DNA of 64,000 nucleotides from an uncultured Alphaproteobacteria bacterium (GTDB taxonomy: Bacteria; Pseudomonadota; Alphaproteobacteria; Methylaequorales; Methylaequoraceae). This document shows positions 35,125 to 44,553 of the stretch, in pieces (the stretch's first letter is position 1; each line of letters starts with the position of its first letter). The stretch lies in assembly GCA_902523675.1 (NCBI GenBank), contig CABZAL010000002.1:9890-73889 (forward strand), in the 5' to 3' direction. A model generated the notes under the pieces. It ran no database searches and was not told the origin of the DNA. It worked only from the letters and a program-made list of their open reading frames with translations. The position numbers were made by a program, and so were the translations under genes.

Positions 35125-35726
35125 AAAAGAAACCAATTTTTTTTAATTCACTAGATCAACTAGAACAGGAAGTAATAAGAAAATTATCAAGGGGACATCT
35201 AGATAAGAAATCACCATTTAGATATCTCGTTTTTTCTACTGCAAAAAATGATTTTGTAAATTCGCGAATTATGGTTTTAAGATTTTTTTCATATGAAAAC
35301 TGGGAATTATTTGTTCATTCAGATAAAAGAAGTGAAAAATTAGATGAAATTAAAACCAATAATAAAGTGTCAATAAACTTTTGGGATAAAAAACAAAATT
35401 TTCAAATCAGATTGTTTGGCGAAGCCAGCAAATTTGATTTTGAAAACAAAAAAGCATGGAATCATTTAAGCGCTTGGTCCAAAAGAACATATTTAACAAA
35501 TTCGAAACCAGGTTCTACATCTCAAAGACATACCTCTGGATTTGATGAGAAATTTTTTGATTCACCACCTTCACTAGAAGAAAGTGAAAAAGGAAAAAAA
35601 AATTTTTGTCAGATTAAGATAGAAATAAAAAAATTAGACGTTTTGATACTTAATCGTATGGGTTATAGAAGAGCCTTGTTTGAAGTGGAGAATAAGAAAT
35701 TGAGGAAAAAATGGTTGATCCCCTAA
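35121..35726 (+). CDS. Pyridoxamine 5'-phosphate oxidase-family (PNPOx-like FMN-binding) protein
   Basis: 201 aa; ...NSRIMVLRFFSYENWELFVHSDKRSEKLDEIKTNNKVSINFWDKKQNFQIRLFGEA... and a C-terminal W.IP resemble the PdxH split-barrel fold. ATGA start/stop overlap with rlmB. Confidence 0.55.
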   Translation: MKKKPIFFNSLDQLEQEVIRKLSRGHLDKKSPFRYLVFSTAKNDFVNSRIMVLRFFSYENWELFVHSDKRSEKLDEIKTNNKVSINFWDKKQNFQIRLFGEASKFDFENKKAWNHLSAWSKRTYLTNSKPGSTSQRHTSGFDEKFFDSPPSLEESEKGKKNFCQIKIEIKKLDVLILNRMGYRRALFEVENKKLRKKWLIP

Positions 35727-35738
35727 AAAACTTTAAAA

Positions 35739-36317
35739 TTACAAATCAATGTTAATTTTTTTAAGATTACAATACCCATTAGGGTTTTTAATTAAATATT
35801 GTTGATGATAATCTTCAGCGTAAAAAAAGTCTTTAATTTGTTTAATTTCCGTTGAGATTAAACCTAGTTTATTTTTGGTGAAGGTCTCTTGATTTGAATT
35901 TAAAATTTGATTTGCTTTTATAATTTCATTGTCTTTTTCTAATAAAATAATAGATCTATATTGAGTTCCAATATCGTTACCTTGTCTATTTACTTGGGTT
36001 GGGTCATGAGATAAAAAAAAAGTATTCAACAAGTTTTTAAACAATATTTCCTCAGAATCATAAACAACTAAAACCACTTCAGCATGATTGGTTGTTCCAG
36101 TACATACTAATTCATAATTTGGGTTTGGATGATCTCCACCAGCATAACCAACTGCAGTAGTGTACACTCCCTTGGTATTCCAAAACACTTTTTCTGCGCC
36201 CCAAAAACAACCCATTCCAAAATAAGCTATAGAATAGTTTTCAGAAAATGGAGGTTTGAAAGAATTTCTAAAATGTAAATGCATTATCTTCATATAATAA
36301 TTTTTTATAAAATACAC
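35739..36317 (-). CDS. msrA: Peptide methionine (S)-sulfoxide reductase MsrA
   Basis: 192 aa with the catalytic motif GMGCFWGAEKVFW and YHQQYL near the C-terminus. The true start could be one of the internal Met residues (MKIMHL...). Confidence 0.93.
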   Translation of the reverse strand: MYFIKNYYMKIMHLHFRNSFKPPFSENYSIAYFGMGCFWGAEKVFWNTKGVYTTAVGYAGGDHPNPNYELVCTGTTNHAEVVLVVYDSEEILFKNLLNTFFLSHDPTQVNRQGNDIGTQYRSIILLEKDNEIIKANQILNSNQETFTKNKLGLISTEIKQIKDFFYAEDYHQQYLIKNPNGYCNLKKINIDL

Positions 36318-36825
36318 AATTAAATATTTTTAAAGATCAAAATAATGAGATCAAATATCTCTTTACAAAAAAATCTTAGTTCTATAGTTATCAGTTGTGG
36401 TTTCTGCTCTAGTCAAATTGTAAATTTAAACGACTACGATATTTTTAATGGAACATCGTTTTGAAAAATTTTCCTCAAATCCAATTTAAAAAGGATTATT
36501 ATTTGGGCCTATTCACGTTTTCATAAACCTTTTAGGTTAATACACAAGACTTAGTATTAATCTATTACTCAAAATTATATCTCAAAGTCCATATTGCCGG
36601 AATTTTTGGTGCAACTTTATTAAATGTGCCTAATGTCCTAATTTCATGCTTAATTGTTCCGCTTAAAAGATCAATGGTAGTTGAATTTTTATTAGAGTAT
36701 TATTTACAATTTTTTTTTCCTATATTAGAAGTATTTTCAAAAAGTGAACACCATATTATTATGGGGGTCATGAAGATATATAAGAGAGATTTAGATTCAC
36801 ATTAAACTAAAAATACAAGTTTTTT

Positions 36826-36901
36826 TGGCGTCCCCTACGGGATTCGAACCCGTGTTGCCGCCGTGAAAGGGCAGTGTCCTAGGCCTCTAGACGAAGGGGA
36901 C
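36826..36901 (-). tRNA. trnE: tRNA-Glu (anticodon UUC), 3' CCA encoded
   Basis: The reverse complement is GTCCCCTTCGTCTAGAGGCCTAGGACACTGCCCTTTCACGGCGGCAACACGGGTTCGAATCCCGTAGGGGACGCCA. The acceptor stem is GTCCCCT/AGGGGAC and the anticodon loop is CUUUCAC. Confidence 0.95.
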
Positions 36902-36973
36902 GAAAAGACTTGCTTTATATTATAAAACATATATATATATCTTTTTTTAAATTTTTTACAGTAAATTATTCAA

Positions 36974-37318
36974 ATGTTAAAAGTTTTAGTTTTTGTTTTA
37001 GTTTTTATATTTAAACCACTTGATAGTTTCTCAAAAGAAACTAGTAGTGAGTTGTGTTATAAAAGAGGAGTTGAAATTATTTTACCATACGAATATGGGA
37101 TTGAAATTATTAAGAAAAAATCGCATAAATCTATTGACACTCTAAAATCCGAACTCAGAACTTTTAAAGTCAAATTTGAAACCAATTTCTTTGGTATAAA
37201 TCTCTACGAATCTTCAGGTTGTTCAAAAGCTAGAATGTCTGAATATTTAGACTGCCTTATCGAAACAGATGGAAAAGACTGTAAAATTTATTACAGTCAA
37301 ATGCGGCTAGTGGACTAA
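36974..37318 (+). CDS. Hypothetical small secreted protein (signal peptide, 4 Cys)
   Basis: 114 aa ORF with a hydrophobic N-terminus (MLKVLVFVLVFIFKPLDSF) and four cysteines in the mature part. I recognise no family. It overlaps the recJ stop by 4 nt, convergently. Confidence 0.45.
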   Translation: MLKVLVFVLVFIFKPLDSFSKETSSELCYKRGVEIILPYEYGIEIIKKKSHKSIDTLKSELRTFKVKFETNFFGINLYESSGCSKARMSEYLDCLIETDGKDCKIYYSQMRLVD

Positions 37319-39072
37319 GAAGTTATTAAATCCTCTATTATCAATTGTATTTCCTCTCGTCCCTCCCAAATATTTTTATTTAAAGAACATATTATAACTA
37401 AAAGCTTACCATTATTCTCGAATAAATTTTGGCCTAATTCATTGTCGTAAGCTTTAAAAGCTATAGCTTTTATAATATTTCCATATATATCACTCAAGAA
37501 ACATGAAACGTGATTATTTCCAACTAATTTTGGAAATTTTACAAAGCAATTTTTCAAACAAAATTTTGGTTTAGGATTATTTCTACCAAATGGAGAAAGT
37601 ATTTTGATTGAATTATAGAAATTCATATTTAAAATACTTATTTCAATAAATTCATCAAATTCTTTTATTTTATTTAGAGCAATATTATGATTTTTAGAAT
37701 TTATATATTTTTGAAATAAGGCAATATTTTCTGGTTTGATTTTTAATCCTCCAGCCATCTTATGACCTCCCCCGCCTTCTAAAATCCCATCTGAAGAAGC
37801 TTTTGATATAAACTCTCCAATATTAAAGTCTCCAATAGATCTTGCTGAACCAGAGCATAAATTTGTATTTTTTGATATTACAATAGATGGTTTTAAAAAC
37901 CTTTCTGTTAATTTACTGGCAACTATTCCCAAAACACCTGGATGCCAATTCACCCCACTAACACAGATAATTTTATCTCTATCATTAATCATGTCTAGCG
38001 CTTGATTCTCAACATTACTTTCAATTTTCTGTCTTTGTAAATTTAAATTATTTAATTCATTTGAAATTATTTCAGCTTTTGTTGAATTTTTTGACAATAA
38101 TAGATCAACCCCCCTTAGGGCGTTTCCAATTCTTCCACTTGCATTAATTTTAGGTCCAATAACAAAACCAACATGATATTCATCGATTGGAATTGATAAA
38201 TTTAAATATGAACATAAAGATTTTAAACCAACATTTTTCATCTCATTTAAAATTTTTAAACCCTGTTTTACAAAAGCTCTATTTAACAAATCCAGAGGGA
38301 CAACATCACAAATAGTTCCCAATGCTACGAGATCTAAATAATTCAGTAAGTTAATTTTTTTATTCTTTGGTCCTAAGTTTGTTTCATTTAATTTTCGATT
38401 AATAGATACAAGAAGTAAAAAAGTAACTCCTACTGCAGCTAGATTTTTTAAACCAGAGGTATCATCAATTCTATTAGGATTGATAATTAGACATTTTGGA
38501 ATGTCATCAGCTTGCTGATGATGATCAACAACAATTACCTGCAATCCCCTATCAACCATATAATTTATTGATTCAGTAGCCGTGGTACCACAATCAAGGG
38601 TCATAATTAATTCGCAATTTTTATTAGATAATTCAAGTAAAGCATTTGTATTTGGACCATAACCCTCTTTTGTTCTACTGGGTATGTAAATTTCATAAGG
38701 ATGATCTAAAAAATCAAAAAACTTACAGAGCAATGCCGTGGATGAAATTCCATCAACATCATAGTCACCAATTATGCCAACTTTTTTTTTTTTCAGAATA
38801 CTGTTGAATATTACATCAGTGGATTTATCAAGGTCTTTAATTGTACTTGGGTTTGGTAATAAATTCTTAATTTTCGGTTTAACAAAATTTTCATATTTTT
38901 CTTTACTTATACCTCTTGCTGAAAATATGTTAGCTGTAAGTTGATTTAGACTAAATTTTTTTATTAAATTATTAGTAAATAGTTCATTAATTTCTTTTTT
39001 TTTCCAAACAAAACCTCTACAAGAAGATAATGTAAAATTTTTCTTATTTCTATTTTTAAAAGTATTTTTCAT
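37315..39072 (-). CDS. recJ: Single-stranded-DNA-specific exonuclease RecJ
   Basis: 585 aa with DHH-family motifs (GDYDVDGISS, LDCGT, VVDHHQ, GGGHKMAGG). Confidence 0.93.
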   Translation of the reverse strand: MKNTFKNRNKKNFTLSSCRGFVWKKKEINELFTNNLIKKFSLNQLTANIFSARGISKEKYENFVKPKIKNLLPNPSTIKDLDKSTDVIFNSILKKKKVGIIGDYDVDGISSTALLCKFFDFLDHPYEIYIPSRTKEGYGPNTNALLELSNKNCELIMTLDCGTTATESINYMVDRGLQVIVVDHHQQADDIPKCLIINPNRIDDTSGLKNLAAVGVTFLLLVSINRKLNETNLGPKNKKINLLNYLDLVALGTICDVVPLDLLNRAFVKQGLKILNEMKNVGLKSLCSYLNLSIPIDEYHVGFVIGPKINASGRIGNALRGVDLLLSKNSTKAEIISNELNNLNLQRQKIESNVENQALDMINDRDKIICVSGVNWHPGVLGIVASKLTERFLKPSIVISKNTNLCSGSARSIGDFNIGEFISKASSDGILEGGGGHKMAGGLKIKPENIALFQKYINSKNHNIALNKIKEFDEFIEISILNMNFYNSIKILSPFGRNNPKPKFCLKNCFVKFPKLVGNNHVSCFLSDIYGNIIKAIAFKAYDNELGQNLFENNGKLLVIICSLNKNIWEGREEIQLIIEDLITS

Positions 39073-39108
39073 TTAATGTTCTTAAAAAATAACATATAAC
39101 TTTAACTA

Positions 39109-40287
39109 ATGAAAAAAAAAAAAATACTTATAGCACAAGGTGGTGGACCCACAATGGTTATTAATAAATCATTGGTTGGAATTATAGAAGAAGCAAAAAA
39201 GAATAATTATGATATTTTAGGTTCGAAAAATGGAGTTAACGGTATTATAAATTCAAAATTTTTGGAATTAACAGAAATAAGTAAAGAAAAACTTTTTCTT
39301 GTTGAAAATTCTCCAGGTGCAGCACTTGGATCAACTAGAGATAAACCAGATAAAAATTACTGCAAAAAAATTTTAGAAATATTATTAAAAAAAAAAATAA
39401 ATACTTTTTTTTATATAGGCGGAAATGATTCTTCTGATAGTTTGAGAATTATATCTGAAGCTAGCCCAGATATCCAGTGTGTACATGTTCCAAAAACAAT
39501 TGACAATGATCTTGTTCTTAATGATCATACTCCAGGCTTTGGATCAGCAGCAAAATATGTTGCATCTGTATTTGCTGGGATCAACTTGGATATTAATTCA
39601 CTACCTGGTGTTTACTTGGGAGTAATAATGGGAAGGCATGCAGGTTTTCTGACCGCCGCTTCCTCACTATTGAAAAAAAAAATTACTGATGGACCACATT
39701 TGATATATCTGCCCGAATCTAATTTTTCTTTAGACAATTTTTTGTCTGATGTAGATAATATTTTTATAAGAAACCAAAAATGTATCATTGCGGTTTCTGA
39801 AGGAATAAAATTTTCAAATGGTCAATTAGTTGGGGAGATAATTTCTAAATTGAATGAAAAAGATGCTCACGGAAATATTCAACTTTCAGGAAGCAGTATG
39901 CTTGGAGATTACTTATCTAATCAAATAAAAGTTAAATTAGGGATAAAAAGAGTAAGGGCAGATACGCTGGGATATGCTCAAAGAAGTTTTTTAGGTTGCG
40001 TTTCGGAAGTTGATCAAAGAGAAGCAAAGAAGTTAGGAAAAGAAAGCGTTAAATTTTCAAAAAAATATGATTCCTCATTCTCAATTTGTATTAAAGAAAG
40101 AGGTAGGAATTTAAATACTTATAATGCAGAAATAGGAAAAAACAAACTAATAGAAATAGGTGGGAAGACGAAGTACATGCCAGATTATTTTATAAATAGA
40201 AAAAAAAATTATGTTTCTAATTCTTTTTTCAAATATGCATTACCACTTATAGGAAAAAAATTTCCTGACTTTGGTAGTTTAATATAA
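39109..40287 (+). CDS. Phosphofructokinase-family enzyme with PPi-type specificity residues (putative diphosphate-fructose-6-phosphate 1-phosphotransferase)
   Basis: 392 aa with PFK motifs QGGGPTMVIN, YIGGNDSSDS, VPKTIDNDL, MGRHAGFL and AVSEG. Asp aligns with E. coli PfkA Gly104 and Lys aligns with Gly124. Both substitutions are associated with PPi use. Confidence 0.75.
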   Translation: MKKKKILIAQGGGPTMVINKSLVGIIEEAKKNNYDILGSKNGVNGIINSKFLELTEISKEKLFLVENSPGAALGSTRDKPDKNYCKKILEILLKKKINTFFYIGGNDSSDSLRIISEASPDIQCVHVPKTIDNDLVLNDHTPGFGSAAKYVASVFAGINLDINSLPGVYLGVIMGRHAGFLTAASSLLKKKITDGPHLIYLPESNFSLDNFLSDVDNIFIRNQKCIIAVSEGIKFSNGQLVGEIISKLNEKDAHGNIQLSGSSMLGDYLSNQIKVKLGIKRVRADTLGYAQRSFLGCVSEVDQREAKKLGKESVKFSKKYDSSFSICIKERGRNLNTYNAEIGKNKLIEIGGKTKYMPDYFINRKKNYVSNSFFKYALPLIGKKFPDFGSLI

Positions 40288-40298
40288 AACTAAAAATT

Positions 40299-41582
40299 TT
40301 AAATATTTTCAATCCTTAATAGTTTAGTTTTATTTTTTACAAAATTTATTTTATTTATATTAGATATTGCTTTTTTCATACTTAGTTCTTGGCACATATG
40401 AGTAGTCACTACTATTGATGCTAGATTCTTTTTTTTTGAGTCTCTCTGAAGCATAGATTTCATAGAAATATTATTTGTTTTAAATTCTTTTGAAATACCT
40501 GAAATTACTCCAGGTTTATCCTCAGTAGTAAATCTTAAATAATATGAACCAATTCTGTTATTGATTGAAAAACCGTTAAATTTTTTTATATGTTTAAATT
40601 TTAAGTCAAAAAAATCCTCTTTTACAACTGAAAGGTCAATTATATCACTCATAACTGATGATGCAGTAGGATGAGAGCCAGCACCTTGTCCTTGAAAAAA
40701 AAGATTATCATTAAAGTCTGATGCGATACATATTGCATTGTAGACGTTATCAACACTAGCTAAAATTGATTGAGTGTTCAACAAGCAAGGATAAACAAAT
40801 TGAGAAATTCTTTTTCCAATTTTTTCAGTGATACCAAGTAGTTTAATTTTATAACCTAACATCTTAGCATAATTAATATCTTCCAACTCAATATTTTCTA
40901 TACCTTCTGTGTAAATTGATTTTAAATTTAAAGAGTTTCCAAATGCTACTAATGATAATATCGAAATCTTGTGCGCAGTGTCTGTTCCGTCTATATCAAA
41001 AGAGGGATCTGATTCAGCATATCCAAGGTTTTGTGCTTCTTTTAAAATTTTGTGAAAATCTGATTTGGTTTCATACATTTTTGACAGAATATAATTAGAT
41101 GTACCATTTAAAATACCATATATTTTTTTTATCTTATTAGAAATCAAAAATTCATTTGCTATTTTAATAATTGGAATTCCACCAGCAACTGACGCTTCAA
41201 ATGCAAGTCTACATTTGTTTGCGTTTGCGATTTGAATCATTTTTACACCATGTTTTGAAATTAATGCTTTGTTTGCTGTTACAACATTTTTTCCCTTTCG
41301 AAGTGCATCAAATGTAATTTCTTTGGCAACACCTTCATCTCCACCGATCAGTTCGACTAATACATCATAATCATCAAAGTTTAATAAATCCTTAGCATTG
41401 TTAAAAACAAGGGTATCATGATCAATATTTTTTTTTTCTTGTCTCTTACGTTTTGCAATTGCCTTTACTTTAATATTCTTTTCAATTTTTGATTGAATAA
41501 ACTTTTTATTTTTATCAATTAATTCTAGTAATCCTGACCCTACAGTTCCAACACCAGCAATAGCGATTCTTAAAGTATCCAT
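40299..41582 (-). CDS. hom: Homoserine dehydrogenase (with C-terminal ACT domain)
   Basis: 427 aa with a Rossmann N-terminus (IAIAGVGTVGSG), NGTSNYILSKM, GYAESDPSFDIDGTDTAHK, and an ACT-like tail. Confidence 0.93.
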   Translation of the reverse strand: MDTLRIAIAGVGTVGSGLLELIDKNKKFIQSKIEKNIKVKAIAKRKRQEKKNIDHDTLVFNNAKDLLNFDDYDVLVELIGGDEGVAKEITFDALRKGKNVVTANKALISKHGVKMIQIANANKCRLAFEASVAGGIPIIKIANEFLISNKIKKIYGILNGTSNYILSKMYETKSDFHKILKEAQNLGYAESDPSFDIDGTDTAHKISILSLVAFGNSLNLKSIYTEGIENIELEDINYAKMLGYKIKLLGITEKIGKRISQFVYPCLLNTQSILASVDNVYNAICIASDFNDNLFFQGQGAGSHPTASSVMSDIIDLSVVKEDFFDLKFKHIKKFNGFSINNRIGSYYLRFTTEDKPGVISGISKEFKTNNISMKSMLQRDSKKKNLASIVVTTHMCQELSMKKAISNINKINFVKNKTKLLRIENI

Positions 41583-41587
41583 AAATA

Positions 41588-42469
41588 CTAATAGATTATA
41601 AATATTTCAGTTCTTTGATTTCCAAAAGTACCAGCTGGCATTGATTCATGAAATAAAGGTTTGGAATCTGAAACAGCTTCGGTTATTAATTTTGAGGGTG
41701 GAAATTTATTCTCGACAAAAACCTTTGCAACAGCTTGAGATCTTTTATCTGAGATATCAAAATTTGCCAATTTATGCTCTAATTGTGACATATCTTTTGT
41801 TCTGGTACTCGCATGACCAACAATTCGGACTTGTGCACTCTTATCGGCAGCTAGTTTTATTACTTTTCTAATTTTTCTAATATCTTTTGAAGAAATAAGA
41901 CTTGACCCAGATTTAAAATTTATTGTTGCTATCTTAAATTGTACCTTATTTTTTAAAATCAAACTAGATTCTAACTTCACATCTTGATACTTGAAAGTTT
42001 GTTGGTCTAGTTCTGATCTAAAATTTTCTTCACTAGAAAATTTATCTTTATTTACTTGTTCTTCTTCATTATTTGTTGGTTCTTTTTGATTAATTACTAA
42101 TTCTTCTTCAATACCTTTTACTGGGTTAACATTAAGATCCTCAGCTGGAACAGCTTCCAAAACCTGATCGGAATTTTCTAAAAATTCATTTTCTCTAGAA
42201 ACGTCTGCTTCAACATCATTCTTTTGATTATTTTCTATAATTTCATCACCCGAAGCTACTTCAGAATTATTACTGGTCCCTTTTATTTCGTTATCTTCAG
42301 TTTCATTTTCAAAAACGGAACCAACATAATCAATAGCGTCTGAACCTGTTTCTAAAACTTTTTCAGGGATTTCAGATAATGTTTCACATGATTGCAAAAC
42401 TAAAAAAAGACTAGCATTTATAAATAAGAATTGTATTTTTCTAAAACTTATTTTCATTTTATTTACCAT
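41588..42469 (-). CDS. OmpA-family lipoprotein with an acidic low-complexity linker
   Basis: 293 aa with a signal peptide and lipobox (LFLVLQSC). About 130 aa are E/N/D-rich. The C-terminal OmpA-like peptidoglycan-binding domain reads RIVGHASTRT...LSDKRSQAVAKVFV...NQRTEIFI. Confidence 0.75.
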   Translation of the reverse strand: MVNKMKISFRKIQFLFINASLFLVLQSCETLSEIPEKVLETGSDAIDYVGSVFENETEDNEIKGTSNNSEVASGDEIIENNQKNDVEADVSRENEFLENSDQVLEAVPAEDLNVNPVKGIEEELVINQKEPTNNEEEQVNKDKFSSEENFRSELDQQTFKYQDVKLESSLILKNKVQFKIATINFKSGSSLISSKDIRKIRKVIKLAADKSAQVRIVGHASTRTKDMSQLEHKLANFDISDKRSQAVAKVFVENKFPPSKLITEAVSDSKPLFHESMPAGTFGNQRTEIFIIY

Positions 42470-42504
42470 ATCATAATCTTAATCTTAAAAGTAAGTTTCT
42501 AAAA

Positions 42505-43053
42505 CTATTTTTTTAAAAATTCTTCCCTTAACTTTGAATACACTTCAGGAGTATTCATTATTAGTTTCTTTTCCTTTTCACTAATTTCTCTAATAAACTT
42601 AGCAGGATTCCCCGCCCATAATTCGTTACTTTTTACAATAGTTCTAGGAGTAATTAATGCTCCTGCTGCAACCAGTGACATTTCATTAATTATAGCACCA
42701 TCTAATATAGTAGAACCCATGCCGATAAGTGCATAATCACTGATATGACAGGCATGAATAGTTGCGTTATGACCTATGGTAACATTGTTACCTACTATGG
42801 TACTAGAACCTTGTCCACCAGTAGCAGAAAAACCAGTAGATGATACATGAATTACTGTTCCATCTTGTATATTTGTTTTTTCTCCAATTCGAATATAATT
42901 TACATCACCTCTTAAGACACAATTAAACCATACACTACTCTCATTTCCTATAAAAACATCCCCAATAAGTCTCGAACCACTTGCTAAAAAAACTGATTTA
43001 TCAATTGATGGAAGAGTACCATTATATGGAATTAACTGATCAACACTATACAT
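42505..43053 (-). CDS. Gamma-class carbonic anhydrase-like / hexapeptide-repeat (LbH) protein
   Basis: 182 aa; the SVWFNCVLRGDVNYIRIGEKTNIQDGTVIH... hexapeptide repeats are typical of the YrdA/PaaY family. Confidence 0.8.
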   Translation of the reverse strand: MYSVDQLIPYNGTLPSIDKSVFLASGSRLIGDVFIGNESSVWFNCVLRGDVNYIRIGEKTNIQDGTVIHVSSTGFSATGGQGSSTIVGNNVTIGHNATIHACHISDYALIGMGSTILDGAIINEMSLVAAGALITPRTIVKSNELWAGNPAKFIREISEKEKKLIMNTPEVYSKLREEFLKK

Positions 43054-44078
43054 TATTTTGGAGCCAATTGGTAAATGTTTAAACCATCTGTTTCATTAAA
43101 ATTAAACATTAAATTCATATTTTGTAGGGCTTGACCAGCTGCCCCTTTAATTAAATTATCTATACAACTAACCATAATAATTTTTTTTTTATCATAATCT
43201 TGATGAATTGAAAAGTTTAGATTATTCGTTCCATTTACAGACTTTAAAGAAGGAATTCCATTTGAAAAAAAATTTACAAACTCTTCTTTTTTAAAAAACT
43301 CTGTATAAAATTTTCTAATTTTTTTAAAAATAGTCGAATCGCCATCAAAGTAAATTGTCGAAAGTATTCCTCTTGAAAGTGGAAGAAGATGCGGCACAAA
43401 AGAAATATCTATTCTTTTTTCATATAAAAAAATTTCTTGCTGAATCTCGCCCAGATGTCTATGTTTTTCTATGTTGTAGGATTTAAAATTTTCATTAACT
43501 TCAAAAAAAAGTTTTTCTATGGTTGCTCCTCTACCAGCACCACTTATACCTGATTTTGAATCAATTATTAGATTCTTAGGAAAAAAAACTTTTTCTTTCA
43601 ACAATGGTAAAATTGGAATTAAAACTGAAGTGGGGTAACATCCTGGATTTGCAATGTATGAAGCTTTTTTAATTTCATCTCTGTTTAATTCTGTCAGTCC
43701 ATAAACGAATTTTTTTAGAATTTTTGGATTAGGATGAGAAGACTCATACCATTTTTTATATGAAGATGCCGAATTAAATCTGTAATCTGATGACAAATCA
43801 ATTATCTTTAAATCCTCAAATTGCTCAAATAATTTAAATGATTTCTTATGTGGAAGACAAAGAAAGACTAGGTCAATATTTTTTTTATTAAATTTTTTTG
43901 AAGATAAAATTTTTAAATCATCTTTCTTCGGAATCAAAATAAAATCTGATAAAAACTTACCTTCAGAACTATTACCCAATACACTAGAAACATTGACGTA
44001 AGGATGATTTATGAGCAACGATAAGAGCTGGGAACCAGTGTATCCAGAAGGTCCAAATAAAGCTACATTCTTTTTCAT
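43053..44078 (-). CDS. argC: N-acetyl-gamma-glutamyl-phosphate reductase
   Basis: 341 aa; GPSGYTGSQL, active-site ANPGCYPTS, and the rplM-rpsI-argC context common in alphaproteobacteria. Confidence 0.92.
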   Translation of the reverse strand: MKKNVALFGPSGYTGSQLLSLLINHPYVNVSSVLGNSSEGKFLSDFILIPKKDDLKILSSKKFNKKNIDLVFLCLPHKKSFKLFEQFEDLKIIDLSSDYRFNSASSYKKWYESSHPNPKILKKFVYGLTELNRDEIKKASYIANPGCYPTSVLIPILPLLKEKVFFPKNLIIDSKSGISGAGRGATIEKLFFEVNENFKSYNIEKHRHLGEIQQEIFLYEKRIDISFVPHLLPLSRGILSTIYFDGDSTIFKKIRKFYTEFFKKEEFVNFFSNGIPSLKSVNGTNNLNFSIHQDYDKKKIIMVSCIDNLIKGAAGQALQNMNLMFNFNETDGLNIYQLAPK

Positions 44079-44088
44079 GATAGGTAGA

Positions 44089-44547
44089 TTATCGTTTTGA
44101 AAATTGGGGTCTCTTTCGAGCCTTGTGCCTACCGTATTTTTTTCTTTCTACTTTTCTTGCATCTCTAGTAAGAAAACCTAATTTTTTTAATTTAATTTTT
44201 AGAGTTGGTTCATATCTTGTTAAGGCTCTACTAATTCCATGCCTTAACGCGCCAGCTTGTCCAGATAAACCACCACCCTTTACTGTGGAAAATATTTCAA
44301 CTTCAGATAATCTTTCAGTTTTTTTTAACGGTTCTTGTAATAACATTAACAGGACTGATCTCGAAAAATATTTCTCACTACTTTTTCCGTTCACAGTAAC
44401 TTTCCCAGTTCCTTTTTTGATCCATACTCTAGAGACTGACTGCTTTCTTCTCCCAGTAGCATAAGCCCTACCTAACTTATCCAGCTTTGGTACTAAATCA
44501 TTTTCAATATTTATGGGTGTAGACGAATTTTCAAATTTATTATTCAT
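44089..44547 (-). CDS. rpsI: 30S ribosomal protein S9
   Basis: 152 aa; [23 protein letters not shown]...[19 protein letters not shown]...[18 protein letters not shown]. Confidence 0.97.
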   Translation of the reverse strand: MNNKFENSSTPINIENDLVPKLDKLGRAYATGRRKQSVSRVWIKKGTGKVTVNGKSSEKYFSRSVLLMLLQEPLKKTERLSEVEIFSTVKGGGLSGQAGALRHGISRALTRYEPTLKIKLKKLGFLTRDARKVERKKYGRHKARKRPQFSKR

Positions 44548-44553
44548 AAAATT

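Noticed and set aside
36568-36699. 44-codon minus-strand open frame ending ...APKIPAIWTLRYNFE*, vaguely like an outer-membrane beta-barrel C-terminus
   Set aside because: It has no start codon, is very short, and does not end in the terminal aromatic residue. The evidence is insufficient to call a pseudogene, so I mention it only as part of the gap finding.
36929-36940. (AT)6 microsatellite between tRNA-Glu and the 114-aa ORF
   Set aside because: It is short and expected by chance in DNA that is about 70% A+T. There is no evidence of phase-variable function.
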